64,000 nt of DNA from Octopus sinensis. Taxonomy: Eukaryota. The translations under genes were made by a program, and so were the position numbers. Every line of letters begins with the position of its first letter. Within the stretch, counting starts at the first letter, position 1. The notes under the pieces were generated by a model, which had not been told where the DNA came from, ran no database searches, and was given only the letters and a program-made list of their open reading frames with translations. The stretch is from assembly GCF_006345805.1 (NCBI RefSeq), contig NC_043012.1, forward strand, positions 43,958,001 through 44,022,000, in the 5' to 3' direction. Shown here piece by piece: positions 36,009 through 49,049 of the stretch.

Positions 36009-38380
36009 TATACACATACATACATATATGCATAAATATACCCATATAAATATTCATACACACACACACATACACAATGAGATATGCACATATTCATAAT
36101 ATGCATAAATGTATATACATAGAGACATGCACATACACACACATGCATGCATGCACACACACATACTTGCAAATTCAGATGTATACGTATATAGAGAGAG
36201 AATGAGGGATAGATATAAATAAGGGAATAAATACCTAGCTACACAAACGAATATATTTATATAAATGAGCAGAGCAGACACTCAAACATATTCATACATG
36301 AAAAGCACATGTATACATACATACACCAGGTTGAAGCAAAAGATTTTTCATATTTCAAGCTTTAATTAATAGTGCAAACAAATTACATACAAAAAACGTA
36401 TATTCATTCAGATGTAAAGTGCCTCTCATTATGTCCGATTGTCTGTTGCCATTGTTGTGCCAAAAGCTCAATTCCATGCTTATATTATTTGGCTGGTTTA
36501 GAGGCAAAAAACTACAGGCACCTGTTTTTAACCTCACCCATATTGTTGAACATTTGTTTGAGTGGGAAATGAGTTCTGGTCTGGAAAAGGTGATAATCTG
36601 AATGTGCAGCATCTGGACTGTAGGCAAGGTGAGGCAACACTTCTAAGTCACTTAAGTTCCTCAAATTTACACTTGGTCACATTGGCCATGTGTACTGGGG
36701 CATTATCATTACATAAGAGTGTCTTTAATTGTAGTTGGCTTTCAAAGCATCATATACTCATTGTACTTAGTGAGAATAACGGTTAGCGTACACAGCATGA
36801 CCATCTGGGACAAGCTCAAAATACAACACCCTGCTTGAAATTCCACCAAACACACAACCTGCTACCTTGCACTCAGACCATTTTTCTACAGGTAGCATAA
36901 AATGGGTCTAATTTAAATTTTTTCCCCACACGTAATGAAAGCTGTAAAAGAAAGAATAAACAATTAAATGCACATGCAACTATGTACCTACACACATATA
37001 CACACATATTTACATTCAGATAACACAGCCTAAAGTATATATGCTCACAGACCCACACTCTCACTCTTCAGTTTAACCTTGTATCGTTGTCTAGTCTGAT
37101 ATTTTGGTCAGTAGTTTATCAAATGTTTTCTTGAATATTAATAGTGGTTCCTTTTTATTTCTGATTTCTTTAGGTTGGCAGCTAAACACTTGAATGTCTC
37201 TAAATATCATATTATTTTAATAGAGTGTCTTTGCTTATGATATTGAAGGTGGTGTATGTGGAATCTTGTGGTATCTATCAGTTCATGCAGTAAAGATTTC
37301 TTTAATGCTGAAGTTTGGAACATGACTTTCTAGGATCTTCCATATATAAGTAATGATTTCAAATTTTGTCACAAAGACAGAAATTTCAGGGGAGGGGATA
37401 AGTCAAAGTGCTCAACTGATATGTATTTTATCAACTCCAAAAGGATGAAAGGCAAAGTCGACCTTGGTGGAATTTAACTCAGAATGTAAAAACAGATGAA
37501 ATACAACAAAGCATTTGCCTGGCATGTGGATGATTCTGCCAGCCTGCTGCCTTACACCAACTCGCTACCTTCTTCCATACATAGATAATGACATATCTCT
37601 CTCATTCCCGATGTCATTCAAGAGAGTAGAGACGCAGAACTTTGAGATGCTCACAGGAAATTAAATTCTTTAATCAAAATTATTTTACTACTGAAGATTC
37701 TCTGAAACCCTTTAATTTCTTCTTTAAGATCAGGTGTGTATGGAGGCCAAAGTTGTGAAAAGTAATCTAGTCTATTCAAAACCAAGGTTTTCCATAGAGT
37801 CAGCATATGGTTCCCTTGTAATGAAGGTTCATAGGATCTATCCTATAAGGTGTCTAAATTTAGAGATCAAGTTGGTGATGTATGGGATGAAAGATGCATC
37901 ATTTGACATGATTACTCTAAGTCCCATATTTTATTAAAGCTTTGAATTGTTGTGTTATCTGGTGTCAAATAATTTGCATTGTGCTTGACCACTCCGTAAT
38001 GAAGAGCTTGAAATTTTGATATGTTCAGTTTCATATTATTTCCAGCCATCTATCAATAGATGAGATTTAGCTCACTCAAGAGTGTGGCAGCATCTTTTGC
38101 AGTTTGGATAGCTACTAATACTTTTGTGTCAATGGCATAACTCATTGGATTGGCTGAAAGAATCAGTGACCTTATACCTGATAGGGTAATGATAAATAAC
38201 AGTTGTTCTAGAACTGTACCTTGAGACATATCACTTACTACAGATGACTTGGCAGAGAGGAGACCATCTGCAGCAACAGATTCATTCCTATCCTGTAGTA
38301 AGTCAAAGAGCCATACTCAGAGTTTTCTTGTGATACCAAGATCCTTTATCTTATAACAGATAATTCCATAATCACTCTTG

Positions 38381-38414
<34 letters not shown>

Positions 38415-38419
<5 letters not shown>

Positions 38420-39233
38420 GCGTAACACCAAAATTGTCACACTCACAAATTCTTAAAATTTTTTTAAACCAATAAACAAATCAATTTGCAATTTTTCCAT
38501 TTTTCCAGATAAGACATCTGGCCATACTGACACCAGTTTTTGTAAGAATCAGTGAAATACCCATTGAAATATTTAGTTAGAAATCGTTTTGTGTCAGCCT
38601 CACCATGTCTTCCCAAATGAGCAGTGTTGAGAGGGCTAAGATCATCGAAGCCTTCAGTAATGGTAACCAACATTTATTCTCTGGCTTCCATCTTCAAAGT
38701 TCATTCAAGAACCATCAAGATAATTGTGAATAAGTTTGAGACAGAAGAAACAGTGGAAAGGAAACTGGACCAGGAGGACACAACTGCAAGAGGGATCATC
38801 ATTTTAATCTGGAGCTGAAAAGATCAATCAGAAGAGATCCAACTCAATCCATAGGATGTTTGACGCATAAGGGAAGAGTTTCAGCTATGGAAATTACAAA
38901 AGTGGTAACAGAAGACTTGAAATGAAATCGTACTGAGACCTGTGAGGCACCTTGTTACTCCAAGGTTAGAAGATTGGAGAGGGTGAAGATCATCTTGAAC
39001 AAAGTGATACTTAATCCTGGAGTGATATTTTACACAGATTAGAAGAATTGCATCCAAGATATGCACACAAACATATTCTGGCTTCACCTCCTCATGAGAG
39101 AAGCCAAAAATCTGGCCTGTGATGGCAAGAAGATGCCATTGATAATCTTTAATTCCATTATCTTTAAGCTTTCCTGAGATACAAAGGTTCAAAGATGAAT
39201 AAAAAATTTGGCCAATTTTGCTGATACACCTGG
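38415..39233. mobile_element. Decayed, rearranged Tc1-like element with imperfect TIRs
   Basis: CAGGCGTAACACCAAAATTGTC at the left end versus the reverse complement CAGGTGTATCAGCAAAATTGGC at the right end; TA-flanked; HTH-like IASIFKVHSRTIKIIVNKFETEETVERK. Confidence 0.55.
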
Positions 39234-40097
39234 TATATATATATATGTGTGTAGTTTGCTTTTACGTTAAGGTAACATCAACGAAAATAGTCCTCCACCT
39301 AACGAGAGATAAGTGTTGTTTAATGTACATAACAATATAGTTATGAGCTGCTAGTAGTTTGATACATTGGAGATGTTTTCCAGGCAGGGTTTAATAACAT
39401 GCCTGGTGTCTCCAGGCTCTGAGCACATGGCCTAAACAAGTTACAGAAAAGAGGAAGGTAAATGCTAAAAGTGGGAAAAGAAAGAGGAAAAAGGCACAAT
39501 ATGCGGATACATGGAGAAGTTTCTTTCAGTGAATTGGAGAACTCTACCCTCTCTAGATTGGGCAGCTGTATCACAGACTTTAGACTCCTTTGGTGATTCC
39601 ACATCAACTAGCTTTATGGCTTTACAGTCAAAGGGGACATAACTCTAATTCTTTTGTTTTTCACCTTTTCTTCCACCAGTCCATTTTTTGTTTCTACCTT
39701 CCTCCTGTTTTTTTCTCTTGTTCTGATTTGTAACTTGTATAGGCCTATGCTAAGAGCCTGAAGATCCCTAGGAGACACTAAGCATGTTATAAAATCCTGC
39801 CTTGAAAACATCTCCAATGTATGAAGGTATTACCAGCTAAAAACTATATACTTAAACAAAATATATGTACACACACACACGTACATACATACTTGTTTGT
39901 TTCCATGTTCAGTTATAATAAAATCAATTTGACATTAGTATGATGGGTTACTCTATACTTTTGCAGAATACAAATTTATTATTCATATACAAGAATGTTG
40001 TTATCAATAACTTTGAAGCCACTGTCAACATTTCTGTATAAGAATTATGCCAGTATGGAAGACGAACGTTAAATAAGGATGATGATGATGATGATGA

Positions 40098-40134
<37 letters not shown>

Positions 40135-40501
40135 CTTTGTTATAGAAAGTGTCTTAGATTTTAGATTTAGAAATTATTGTGTCTATAAAATGAGACAACT
40201 TGATGATGAGATAACAGTCCATATAGGTTTTCTATTTAAATTTCACAATATGGCTTATACAAACACCAAGTAGGTTATTTTATGTCATTTTGACATTTGT
40301 CTACTTTCACATATTCTCAATAGCTGACGCCTCAATACAAGGATCCAACTAATGCTTTCTGGAATTTTCTGCTTGTGGTGTTTTTGCAAAAAAATAAAAA
40401 CTAGATTTGGAAGAATTTTTGGATTTCAGATTACATATGGTCATATATAAATGTGTGTGTAGACATACACACACACATATATATATATATAAATATATAT
40501 A

Positions 40502-41421
40502 TATTGGTTCATCTCATAAATAATGTGGTATTTTCAATTGCATGAACTAAAAGTCAAAGGAGCATAGGATAAACTACCTGCACCAACTTGCTATAAAAGC
40601 AGGTAATAATTTTACCTTCTACTTATTCTTAGTGCAAGTTTTGAGGAGTGCAATTCGATTTTAACAGTAATTGTGGGTTCCTCACAAATTTTCCGATTCT
40701 AATCGTGCACAGAGAGTGAATGTGTGCTCTTCTTTGTTGTCACGTCTCACGAATGAACCTTGTTTGGACCAAATAGTGACTGGTGACAAAACATGGGTTC
40801 TCTATAAAAATGTCAAGTGCTGAAGAGAGTGGGTAGGGCAAGGAGAAACACCAGCACCCCAGGCTAAAGGTCTTCACCCTCATAATGTGTTGTTATCTGT
40901 TTGGTGGGATATGAAAGGTTTAGCCCGCTTTGATCTTTTAAACACAAATCAAATGATAACAAAGGAGATCTACTGTGAGCAGCTTGAGCAGTTTAAGTTA
41001 GCACTAGAAGAAAAACAACCATCTTTGGTTTCAAGACGAAAGGTGTTCTTCCATCAGGATAATGTTCGGCCACATACAGCGAGGATGAAATTCCAAAGGG
41101 TGAAGCAGTTTGAATGGGAAATGATGCCCCACCCACCATATTCACTGGACATTGCCCCATCTAATTATCGTTTATTTTGCAGTTTTCAAAATCATTTGGA
41201 CGGGAAAAAAAAGAATTGTAGACGAGGTCAGAACAATACTGGAGGAGTATTTTTCATCACGGTCAAGTGAATTTTGGAAGAGGGGCTTTGCAAGTCTACT
41301 GGATAGATGGAAGAGCATTGTAGAAAATGAAGGAATATATTTTAAAATAAAAAAGAACTTTATCTTAATTTTGAAAAATAAAAGTGTAAAAAAAACGCAT
41401 TATTTATGGGAGGACCCAATA
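40502..41421 (+). mobile_element. Internally deleted mariner (D,D34D) element with both TIRs
   Basis: IVTGDKTWV, LLSVWWDMKG, FHQDNVRPH and PHPPYSLDIAPSNYRLF motifs. Ends TATTGGTTCATCTCATAAATAATG and (rc) TATTGGGTCCTCCCATAAATAATG. Confidence 0.85.
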
Positions 41422-41435
41422 TATATGTATGTATG

Positions 41436-41620
41436 TACACTAGGGGACGCTGAAAAGTTCCTGGCTTTAAGGGTATTGCGAAAAACCTAGTTGGGGGGCC
41501 CAACCTTCTGAGTTCTTTTACAAGGCTTGAAAAATCTGAAGGACTGCTGCAATAAGTGTGTAAATCTGAGAGGGAGAATATGTTGAATAAAATCATAATT
41601 AACTGACTTTACCCAAAGTA
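41436..41620. mobile_element. Partial mariner-derived non-autonomous element
   Basis: Terminus TACACTAGGGGACGCTGAAAAGTTCCTGGCTT, followed by sequence resembling the 3' end of a mariner transposase. Confidence 0.45.
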
Positions 41621-42032
41621 ACTCCTCATATATAGACAGACAGACAGATTGATAGCTAGAGACAGATAGACATCTTGGTCTGAATTGGCTCCTAAGACAT
41701 TCATTGGTTCTCTTTATAGGTGTAATTCAATTAGTATTTCTTGGTTCACTATGAAGAAAAGCAAAGTCAATATTTATGGGATTTAAACTCAGTGTACACA
41801 ATGAACTACCATGAGACATTTTGTCCATCACTCTGCCAATTCTGGCCTAACAATGGTCAATTCTAACATCATGAACTCCTATAAATACTTTTTGGCTGAT
41901 TCTAATATTCACCATCATCACATTACTTGGAGTTCACATTTTTATCATTTAATACAACAGCCTGGAGTTTGAGACTTATATAAGAATGAAGCTTGGGACA
42001 GAAAAATATGAATTCAGAGACATACGTGATTA

Positions 42033-42525
42033 AGTGCAGTTGTAGCTGTGTGGTAAGAAGCTTACTTCCCAACCACATGGTTCTAGGTTCAGTCCCAGCC
42101 TCAGACTGACCAAAGCCTTATGAGAGGTTTTGGTAGATCAAAACTGAAAGAAACCCGTCATATCATCATCATCATCATCATCATCATTTAGCGTCCGTTT
42201 TCCATGCTAGCATGGGTTGGACGGTTTAACTGGGGTCTGTGAAGCCGGAAGGCTTCATCAGGCCCAGTCAGATTTGGCAGTGTTTCTACGGCTGGATGCC
42301 CTTCCTAACGCCTATATATGTATATATAAATGTATGTGTGTGTCTTTCTGTACATGTTCATCCCCTACCACTGCTTGACAGCCAGTATTAGTCTCATGGT
42401 ATTAGAGTTCGATAGAATAAGGCTTAAAAAAAGAATGGTATAGGGGTCAGTGCACTCAACTAAAAATTAAGGTGGTGCTCCAGCATGGCCGCAGTCTCAC
42501 AACTGAAACAAGTAAAAGGTAAAGT
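42033..42525 (+). mobile_element. SINE family 1 containing an RTE 3'-tail insertion (about 42165-42312)
   Basis: Family-1 head and tail flank a (CAT)n-TTTAGCGTCCGTTTTCCATGCTAGCATGGG segment. Confidence 0.7.
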
Positions 42526-42850
42526 ATTATGGAGTCAGAGATGTAGGTAAATGTGTAACCTGTGGCTTATGCAAATATGAAGTCTGAATCTACTTGACTA
42601 GTAAATATATATTGGAGGAAACACAGTTCATTAATGCATGCAAAAATATTGTCTATATAAGGAGTACTTGGTTTCAAACTCTGGCACAAAGCCAGCAAGT
42701 TCAAGGGTTGGGGTAAATCTGTTACACTGACTCCAGTGCTCAGCTGGTACTTATTTTATCAACCCAAAAGGATGATAAGCAAAGTTGACCTCAGTGGAAT
42801 TTGAACTCAGAATGTAAAGACGATGAAATGCTGCTAAGTATTTTGCCTGG

Positions 42851-43027
42851 TATATAATGGACAAGTTATTGGTAATGAGAATAGTTTGGTGAGAAATAAA
42901 AAAAAGAGATGTAATTGGAGGAAGACTTTGAGCCAGAATAACTGGGAGTCTTTGTTGCTATGTTTCAAGAGAGAGAAATGACTGACAGAAACAGTGTACC
43001 TATGTGAAGACCCCCAGGTTTTAGAGT
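42851..43027. repeat. 177-bp exact copy of 45763-45939
   Basis: No difference found by eye, including an A8 run. Confidence 0.9.
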
Positions 43028-43412
43028 TGCTGCGTTAGTGGCTGGTAGTATTAACAAAAACATAACCAAACGGGTGACAACTGACCAATCTTTCTCAGGG
43101 TTAAAAGAACACTCGATCAATTTATGAATTCCAGGTTTGATTCTATGATAAGGCATTTTGGGTATGTGTCTTTCACTGCAGCCTTGGGTTGACCAATGTT
43201 TGTGATTGGTATTCAGTAGAAGGAAGCTCTATAGAAGCCCAACATATGAGTGTACATGTATATTTGTGCTTGCATACAGATGTATAGGTGTGTGTGTGTG
43301 TGTGTGTGTGTGTGCACATATGTATATATATGTAAGCAAAAAAACATTTAAGCATTTACGCTCGAAATAAAATGTCATGACAGACAGACAAATGTAAAAT
43401 AAGCTTTGTCTC

Positions 43413-43418
43413 TTTATT
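43413..43418 (-). promoter_or_regulatory. Candidate polyadenylation signal of the TM2D3-like gene (alternative at 43568-43573)
   Basis: AATAAA on the minus strand 466 nt after the stop codon; no transcript evidence. Confidence 0.35.
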
Positions 43419-43883
43419 TAACAGAGATTGATAAAAGAAGTATCAGAGTGAAATAAGAGCTGGGGTTGACATAACAAACAACCCTGAAGGCAGGGTCACA
43501 GCACAAGCAAAGCCCTGAAACCAACAAAAGAGAAAAAACATAAAAATTTAATTTGTATTTATATAATTTTATTGGCTGGACACTCATGATTAAGTTTCGT
43601 TAGTCACCAAAATTGATTTAAACAAAATTTCACACACGCACAAAACTTTCTCAAAATGATGCAGGTGCCAAACTGTACAATGACAACACACACATAATGG
43701 ACTTAAGATGGATCTAACCATGTAAAATGTCACATGGACAATGGCAGCATTCATACTTTTCCCAAGAAAGTTATAACATTGTAATGTAAGCAGTTCTTTC
43801 ATAAGATTTACTGCTTCGCTTGTAATCCACAACACATTCACCTTATTACATTCTGACTTCCAACAATACATAAAAAACAAACA

Positions 43884-44052
43884 TCAGTATATATAGAGAG
43901 ATCCATCAGCGGGACCAATATAGCCAATGGCTATGAGAATAACATCAATAATTGTCCATACACCAAGACCCCCAAAACTGAATAACTTGCCAATTCCTTC
44001 TTCCCAAAGACCAAGGTAAAATCGATCGACACCAAATCCACCAAGAGTAATG
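43884..44052 (-). CDS. TM2D3: TM2 domain-containing protein 3 (almondex-like), exon 5 (last coding exon)
   Basis: After ttttgcag: (S)ITLGGFGVDRFYLGLWEEGIGKLFSFGGLGVWTIIDVILIAIGYIGPADGSLYIY*, nearly identical to the TM2D3 C-terminal TM2 domain. Confidence 0.95.
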
Positions 44053-45399
44053 CTGCAAAAGTAAAAAGATAAATAAAAGGTTTATTTAAATCAGCAGGTA
44101 TATTTTCAAATCATTTATTCTCATACATAGACATCAAATTTTACTGTAACCAGTCAAATCATTTTCTATGAGCTAACAGACAAACCTCTGCTTTTACATA
44201 GTTGTTCAACTTGCTAGAAACAGCAGTGAAATTCACCTCAAATTGTACCTGTCTTCTAAAGAAATAGGACACATTAGATAATAATAATGTATTATTATTA
44301 TAAATATATATAATATATTGAATAATAGAAGACAGGAATGCCTTTAATCAAATGGCTATTTAATCAAAGCTGGCTTTGGGCGAAAAAAAAGCATCATCTT
44401 TGCTAATTTATTCGATTCTCCAATATTCACTTTCAGTTCTAAGCTGTTTCACAGATGTCAGATAATTGGTAAAATACACACTTGGAAATTTACAAATTTT
44501 GTTGTCTTCAAATACAAAAATGAACATAAAGAATATGCATAGCAGAGATTAATTAGAAGGTTTAATCTTTATCTAAGAGACAAGAAATTCCTCTTCTATT
44601 GAGGTTATGCTTATTATTGGTAAAACACTTCAATGAATATGAACTGTCGGTTCATTCAGGGAAGAAGTTCTGGGAGCTTTACAGAGAATACTTGTTAAAA
44701 AGTTTTCAAATGCAGAATGAAGGTCCTTATCTAACAATTCTAATCACCTGATCTCTGGAATTTTGTCACTATTTTTCTTTGATGTAAACACTGACTCTTT
44801 GAGAAGTAACAGAAGAATGGAGTGAAATTTAACGAACAAGACTTTGTACATTAACAGAAATGAGTAAGAATGTTAAAGACATGCAATGAAAGTTAGCATA
44901 GAATCACAACAGCGAATGCTGTGATACAAATAAGCTTGTACTTTGTGAACTGTTAGAGGTTCATGAATAGATATGAATAAAATAATTCCTTCAAGACCAA
45001 AAGCCCTAAATCTATTTTATTATTAGGGTAGAATGGGGGAATAAATTAGATAAGTCATAGCAACCTGTAATTAGGAAAGGAAATTAGGAAGTCGTGTCTT
45101 GTTTCAGAAAAAAATTATGGAAATATACTAAAAACAAAACATTTTAAAAACATTTCCTTATAGTTTACAAGAGAACCTCACTGAAATCTCACGTATTTAA
45201 ACAGGATCATTGTATATTTTGTAATAAAATTTTGAGGGTGTATTTAGGTATATCTACTTTTTCAGGATAAATTCCAATAAAATAATTCATCTAAACGTTG
45301 TTCATTGAAGATCAGGTAGGAGATATTTTTACTGGAAGTCTGTTCGTAAGCAAGTATTATATAAGTCCAAGGGGGATAATTCTGTACACATCGTGTTTA

Positions 45400-46110
45400 G
45401 TATTAGCCACTTAGTAGTGAACTGGTAGTTTCTCTGTCAGCTGACACTGGGTACAGTTGGGATGCGGTCTTGCATTCTGTGTAGATGTGTGCTAGTGACC
45501 AGGTAGTAGTTATATGACCAGACAGATGTAGAGAGAGAGAAAGAGTGTCACTTTAGGTTTAGAGGTGAGAAAAAGATTGAAAATGTTTGTGTTATTGTAG
45601 TTGAGAAGAATGAGTGTAGATGTGACTAGTTAGATGTAGAGTTGAGGATTGCAAAAGATTCAATTTCCAATAAGAGCCAAGTAGAGTTGTTGCATTGAAG
45701 ACACTGAGAACAAGAACTTTGGGGAAGGCTGACATGAGGTAGATATCCTGAAAGTATGAAGATATATAATGGACAAGTTATTGGTAATGAGAATAGTTTG
45801 GTGAGAAATAAAAAAAAGAGATGTAATTGGAGGAAGACTTTGAGCCAGAATAACTGGGAGTCTTTGTTGCTATGTTTCAAGAGAGAGAAATGACTGACAG
45901 AAACAGTGTACCTATGTGAAGACCCCCAGGTTTTAGAGTGAAAATTGAATATAGAGTATAATAAGGGAAACAGAAGTGGCAATGGATAAAGGTTGAGATC
46001 TGTGTTTCAGAATATAATAGGATATGTGGTTTGCTTTTTAGAAAGAGGTGATAGTTAGATCAGAATCCACAAGTAATTAGAGAAGAGGGAGAGTGTCATG
46101 GCTGAATGAT
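45400..46110 (-). mobile_element. Decayed LINE apurinic endonuclease region in TM2D3 intron 4
   Basis: Degenerate KPHILLYSETQIS...LFWLKV...CNNSTWL, matching the APE-domain pattern. Confidence 0.5.
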
Positions 46111-47665
46111 CTTACTAACAGTGACACTTGATGAATTCATTCTCCAAGAACAGTTTCCATTAGAAACTAGTCCCTTGCTTCTATGGTACCACAGCCATCA
46201 CACCTGCTCTTTTATTGTGATTTTCAGGTCAGCAGCACACGTTGTTTAGTTGGATTAAAAATGCTCATTCAATTCTCCATACTTAAAAGTTATTCCCCAT
46301 TTTATCTACATTAACCCTTTAGCATTTAAACCAGCAATGTCCAGCCCAAATTTTCTACTTTTATGTTCAAACTGGCCAGATACGCCGTACTTGAGAAAAC
46401 TCATCAAGCCAAGTGAGATCATAGCTGTGGTTGATGCTTGTGTCATGTAACTGGGCTGTTAAAAGCATATTTCAATTGTTGGGCGATATACTGTGCTTGT
46501 GAGATCATAGTCGTGGCCGATGCCTGCGCCATCTGATTGGCATGTATGCACCATTCATATATCAGGCCTCATGGAGGCAGTGACATCAAGCCAAGTGAAA
46601 TCGTAGTCAAGCCCAATGCCAATGTTGCATAACTGGCCTGTTAAAAGCACCCTTCAATCGTTGGGTGATATTCTATGCTTGTAAAGACCTGTCAAACTGA
46701 GTGAAATCATAGTTGTGGCCGATACCAGTGCCGTCTGACTGGCATCCATGCTAATGGCATGTAAAAAGCACCATTCAAGCATTAAGCCTCATGGAAGCAG
46801 TGACAGGTGACCAAGATCCTTGGCAATATACCATGCTTGTGTTGACCTGTCAAGTCAAGTGAGACCATAGTCGTGACTGATACCAGTATCAGGTCAATTG
46901 CACCCATGCTGGTGGCATGTGAAATATGCCTACTACATTCTCGGAGTGGTTGGTGTTAGGAAGGGCATCCAGCCATAGTAAACTATGTCAAATCAGATTG
47001 GAACCTGGCGCAGCCGCCTGGCTTACCAGTTTTCAGTTAAACCGTCCAACATGGAAAGCGAACATTAAATGATGATGATGATCATCATCATCATCAAAAT
47101 CTCAAGGCTATGAGATAATGCATGATTAATTCAAAACAATGTGAATAAATAAGAATTACATTTGACAGAGTAATTGGAATGCTGAAGGGTTAAAATAAAT
47201 AATATACAGCAAATGTTAACATCTCAGTAATAGTAACGAAAGATTAGGAATAACAATGGAAATCCAGTATAGTGAAGTATATGAAGACTGTGAAATTGAT
47301 GTAAAATGAGAGACATGATATGAAGTCAGTATAAATAATATACGAGGTGGTATCAAAAAGGTTCCTGGATTAGTTATCTGAATCTATAAAAGAGGGTTTG
47401 TATGTGTGTGCATATGTTCCTTATGCATTCCAAAACCGAGTTGCTGATTTTGATGTATGAGGTATCAAAAGATTCGGTAGGCATTTGGCTACCAACTAGG
47501 TTCAGTTACTGCTGGCTTATAGTTAAACACTGGTAGGTTATAGCCTAAAAGTTTCAAAGTAAAATCTAAAAGAAACGTATTGAAGATACAACATAAAGTG
47601 AACAGGTTATCAATGAACACAGGCTTGTTTTGTTAGTCTGGCAGAAATCATAAAGTGAGATTTAC

Positions 47666-47741
47666 CTTAACAAGAGAGCTACACTCCAACGGTAACCGCT
47701 GGTCCAATTACACAAACGGTATTTGTAAAAACTGCGATTTC
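47666..47741 (-). CDS. TM2D3: TM2D3-like exon 4
   Basis: ctcag|GA AAT...TTA AG|gtaaat; (G)NRSFYKYRLCNWTSGYRWSVALLL(S); 76 nt, phases 1 and 2 match the neighbouring exons. Confidence 0.95.
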
Positions 47742-49049
47742 CTGAGAATAAAGAGGTTTAAAAAAAGTTAATGACAATAAATCACCATTAATAAGGTTAT
47801 TATTTTAAATAGTTGACCATTATTAGGCAAGCAATAATTTGCTAAAATAAATAAATTTTCAATATCTCAACAGAATTTCACTTTCAAACAGCACAATTTT
47901 CTACAAAACAATTTACTCAGTTGTGCTTCACCCAAATGACATATTACAATTGTTACAAATCTTTATATCCTACCCTCTCTTACTATCACACATCTGAAAG
48001 ACTATCTGATGGTACTTGTCTTCGTATACTGTTTTTCTTACAGGAGCAGTTCATATCAATAATCTAAACCAGTTTATGGTGGGTGTCCCTAGAAATTAAA
48101 TCTTCTGGCACTAGACGATCCACATATGCCCAAAACAGTTTTAGTTCTATATTTTACAGTATGATCCTTCTCTTCCATCTAATTTTATACTCTACTAAAC
48201 TGATTCTTTACAAGTTATACATTTTACACGGTCGTTTATAGCAACTATTCTACATCTATTCAGTATATGATGAAAGTCTACTTTCATAGCCTATAGAAAA
48301 TTTGATGTCACTTCCTCCCTCTGTTCTTTAGATTCTGTTAGATTTCCTTTTATTTTCTTTCTATTAACGAATCCGTTCAATATCTCACAATTTTCCTAGA
48401 TGAACCAAACTCTCTTCATCACATGTCTAACCACTGTAATTAAACTTTTATGGTTTTTAATAGATTTTCAGTGAATAATTCCAATTAATCCAAATTTGTT
48501 TTCCTATGGATTTTCATTTCAGTGGTCATCCTTGTGACTATTTGCAATTTATTTTCGTTTTGCTCCCTGCCAAGAAATATAGACATCATTCATCTTTAGA
48601 TCAAGTAATTTTTTTCTGAGAGCAAAAAATTCCTGCTGCTTTTTCCATTCTCCGTCTTATCTATACAGTTTTTGCATATCTTTTGATATCATGACATGGG
48701 TTTGTGTCATTCTTGGCTGGCAAAATAATGTCTAGCTAATAATGGTTTTCTTCCCATACTTTCAAATCAGCAATAGACTATTGGATCCTTTTAACATCCC
48801 CAAACTCATGGGTCATTCTGTATCGTTTTTTTTTTTTCTCTTCAAGGAATATTGCTACTGACATCTCATTCTTGTAAAAATCCCTTTATGGTGGAAATCC
48901 ACCAGCTAATTAACTTTCAGCTAATCAACTTTCAGCACCATCGTTCTTCACATTTGCTCTCAAACACTAATCTCTCCCATGTCAGGCAATTGTAATACAC
49001 CATATCACTGACTCTCTGGTAGTAATAAACAATTACTGGCAGATTTCAA

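Noticed and set aside
45626-45982. 118-aa minus-strand ORF as a host exon or nested gene
   Set aside because: It is part of a decayed LINE endonuclease; the TM2D3 exon chain is complete without it.
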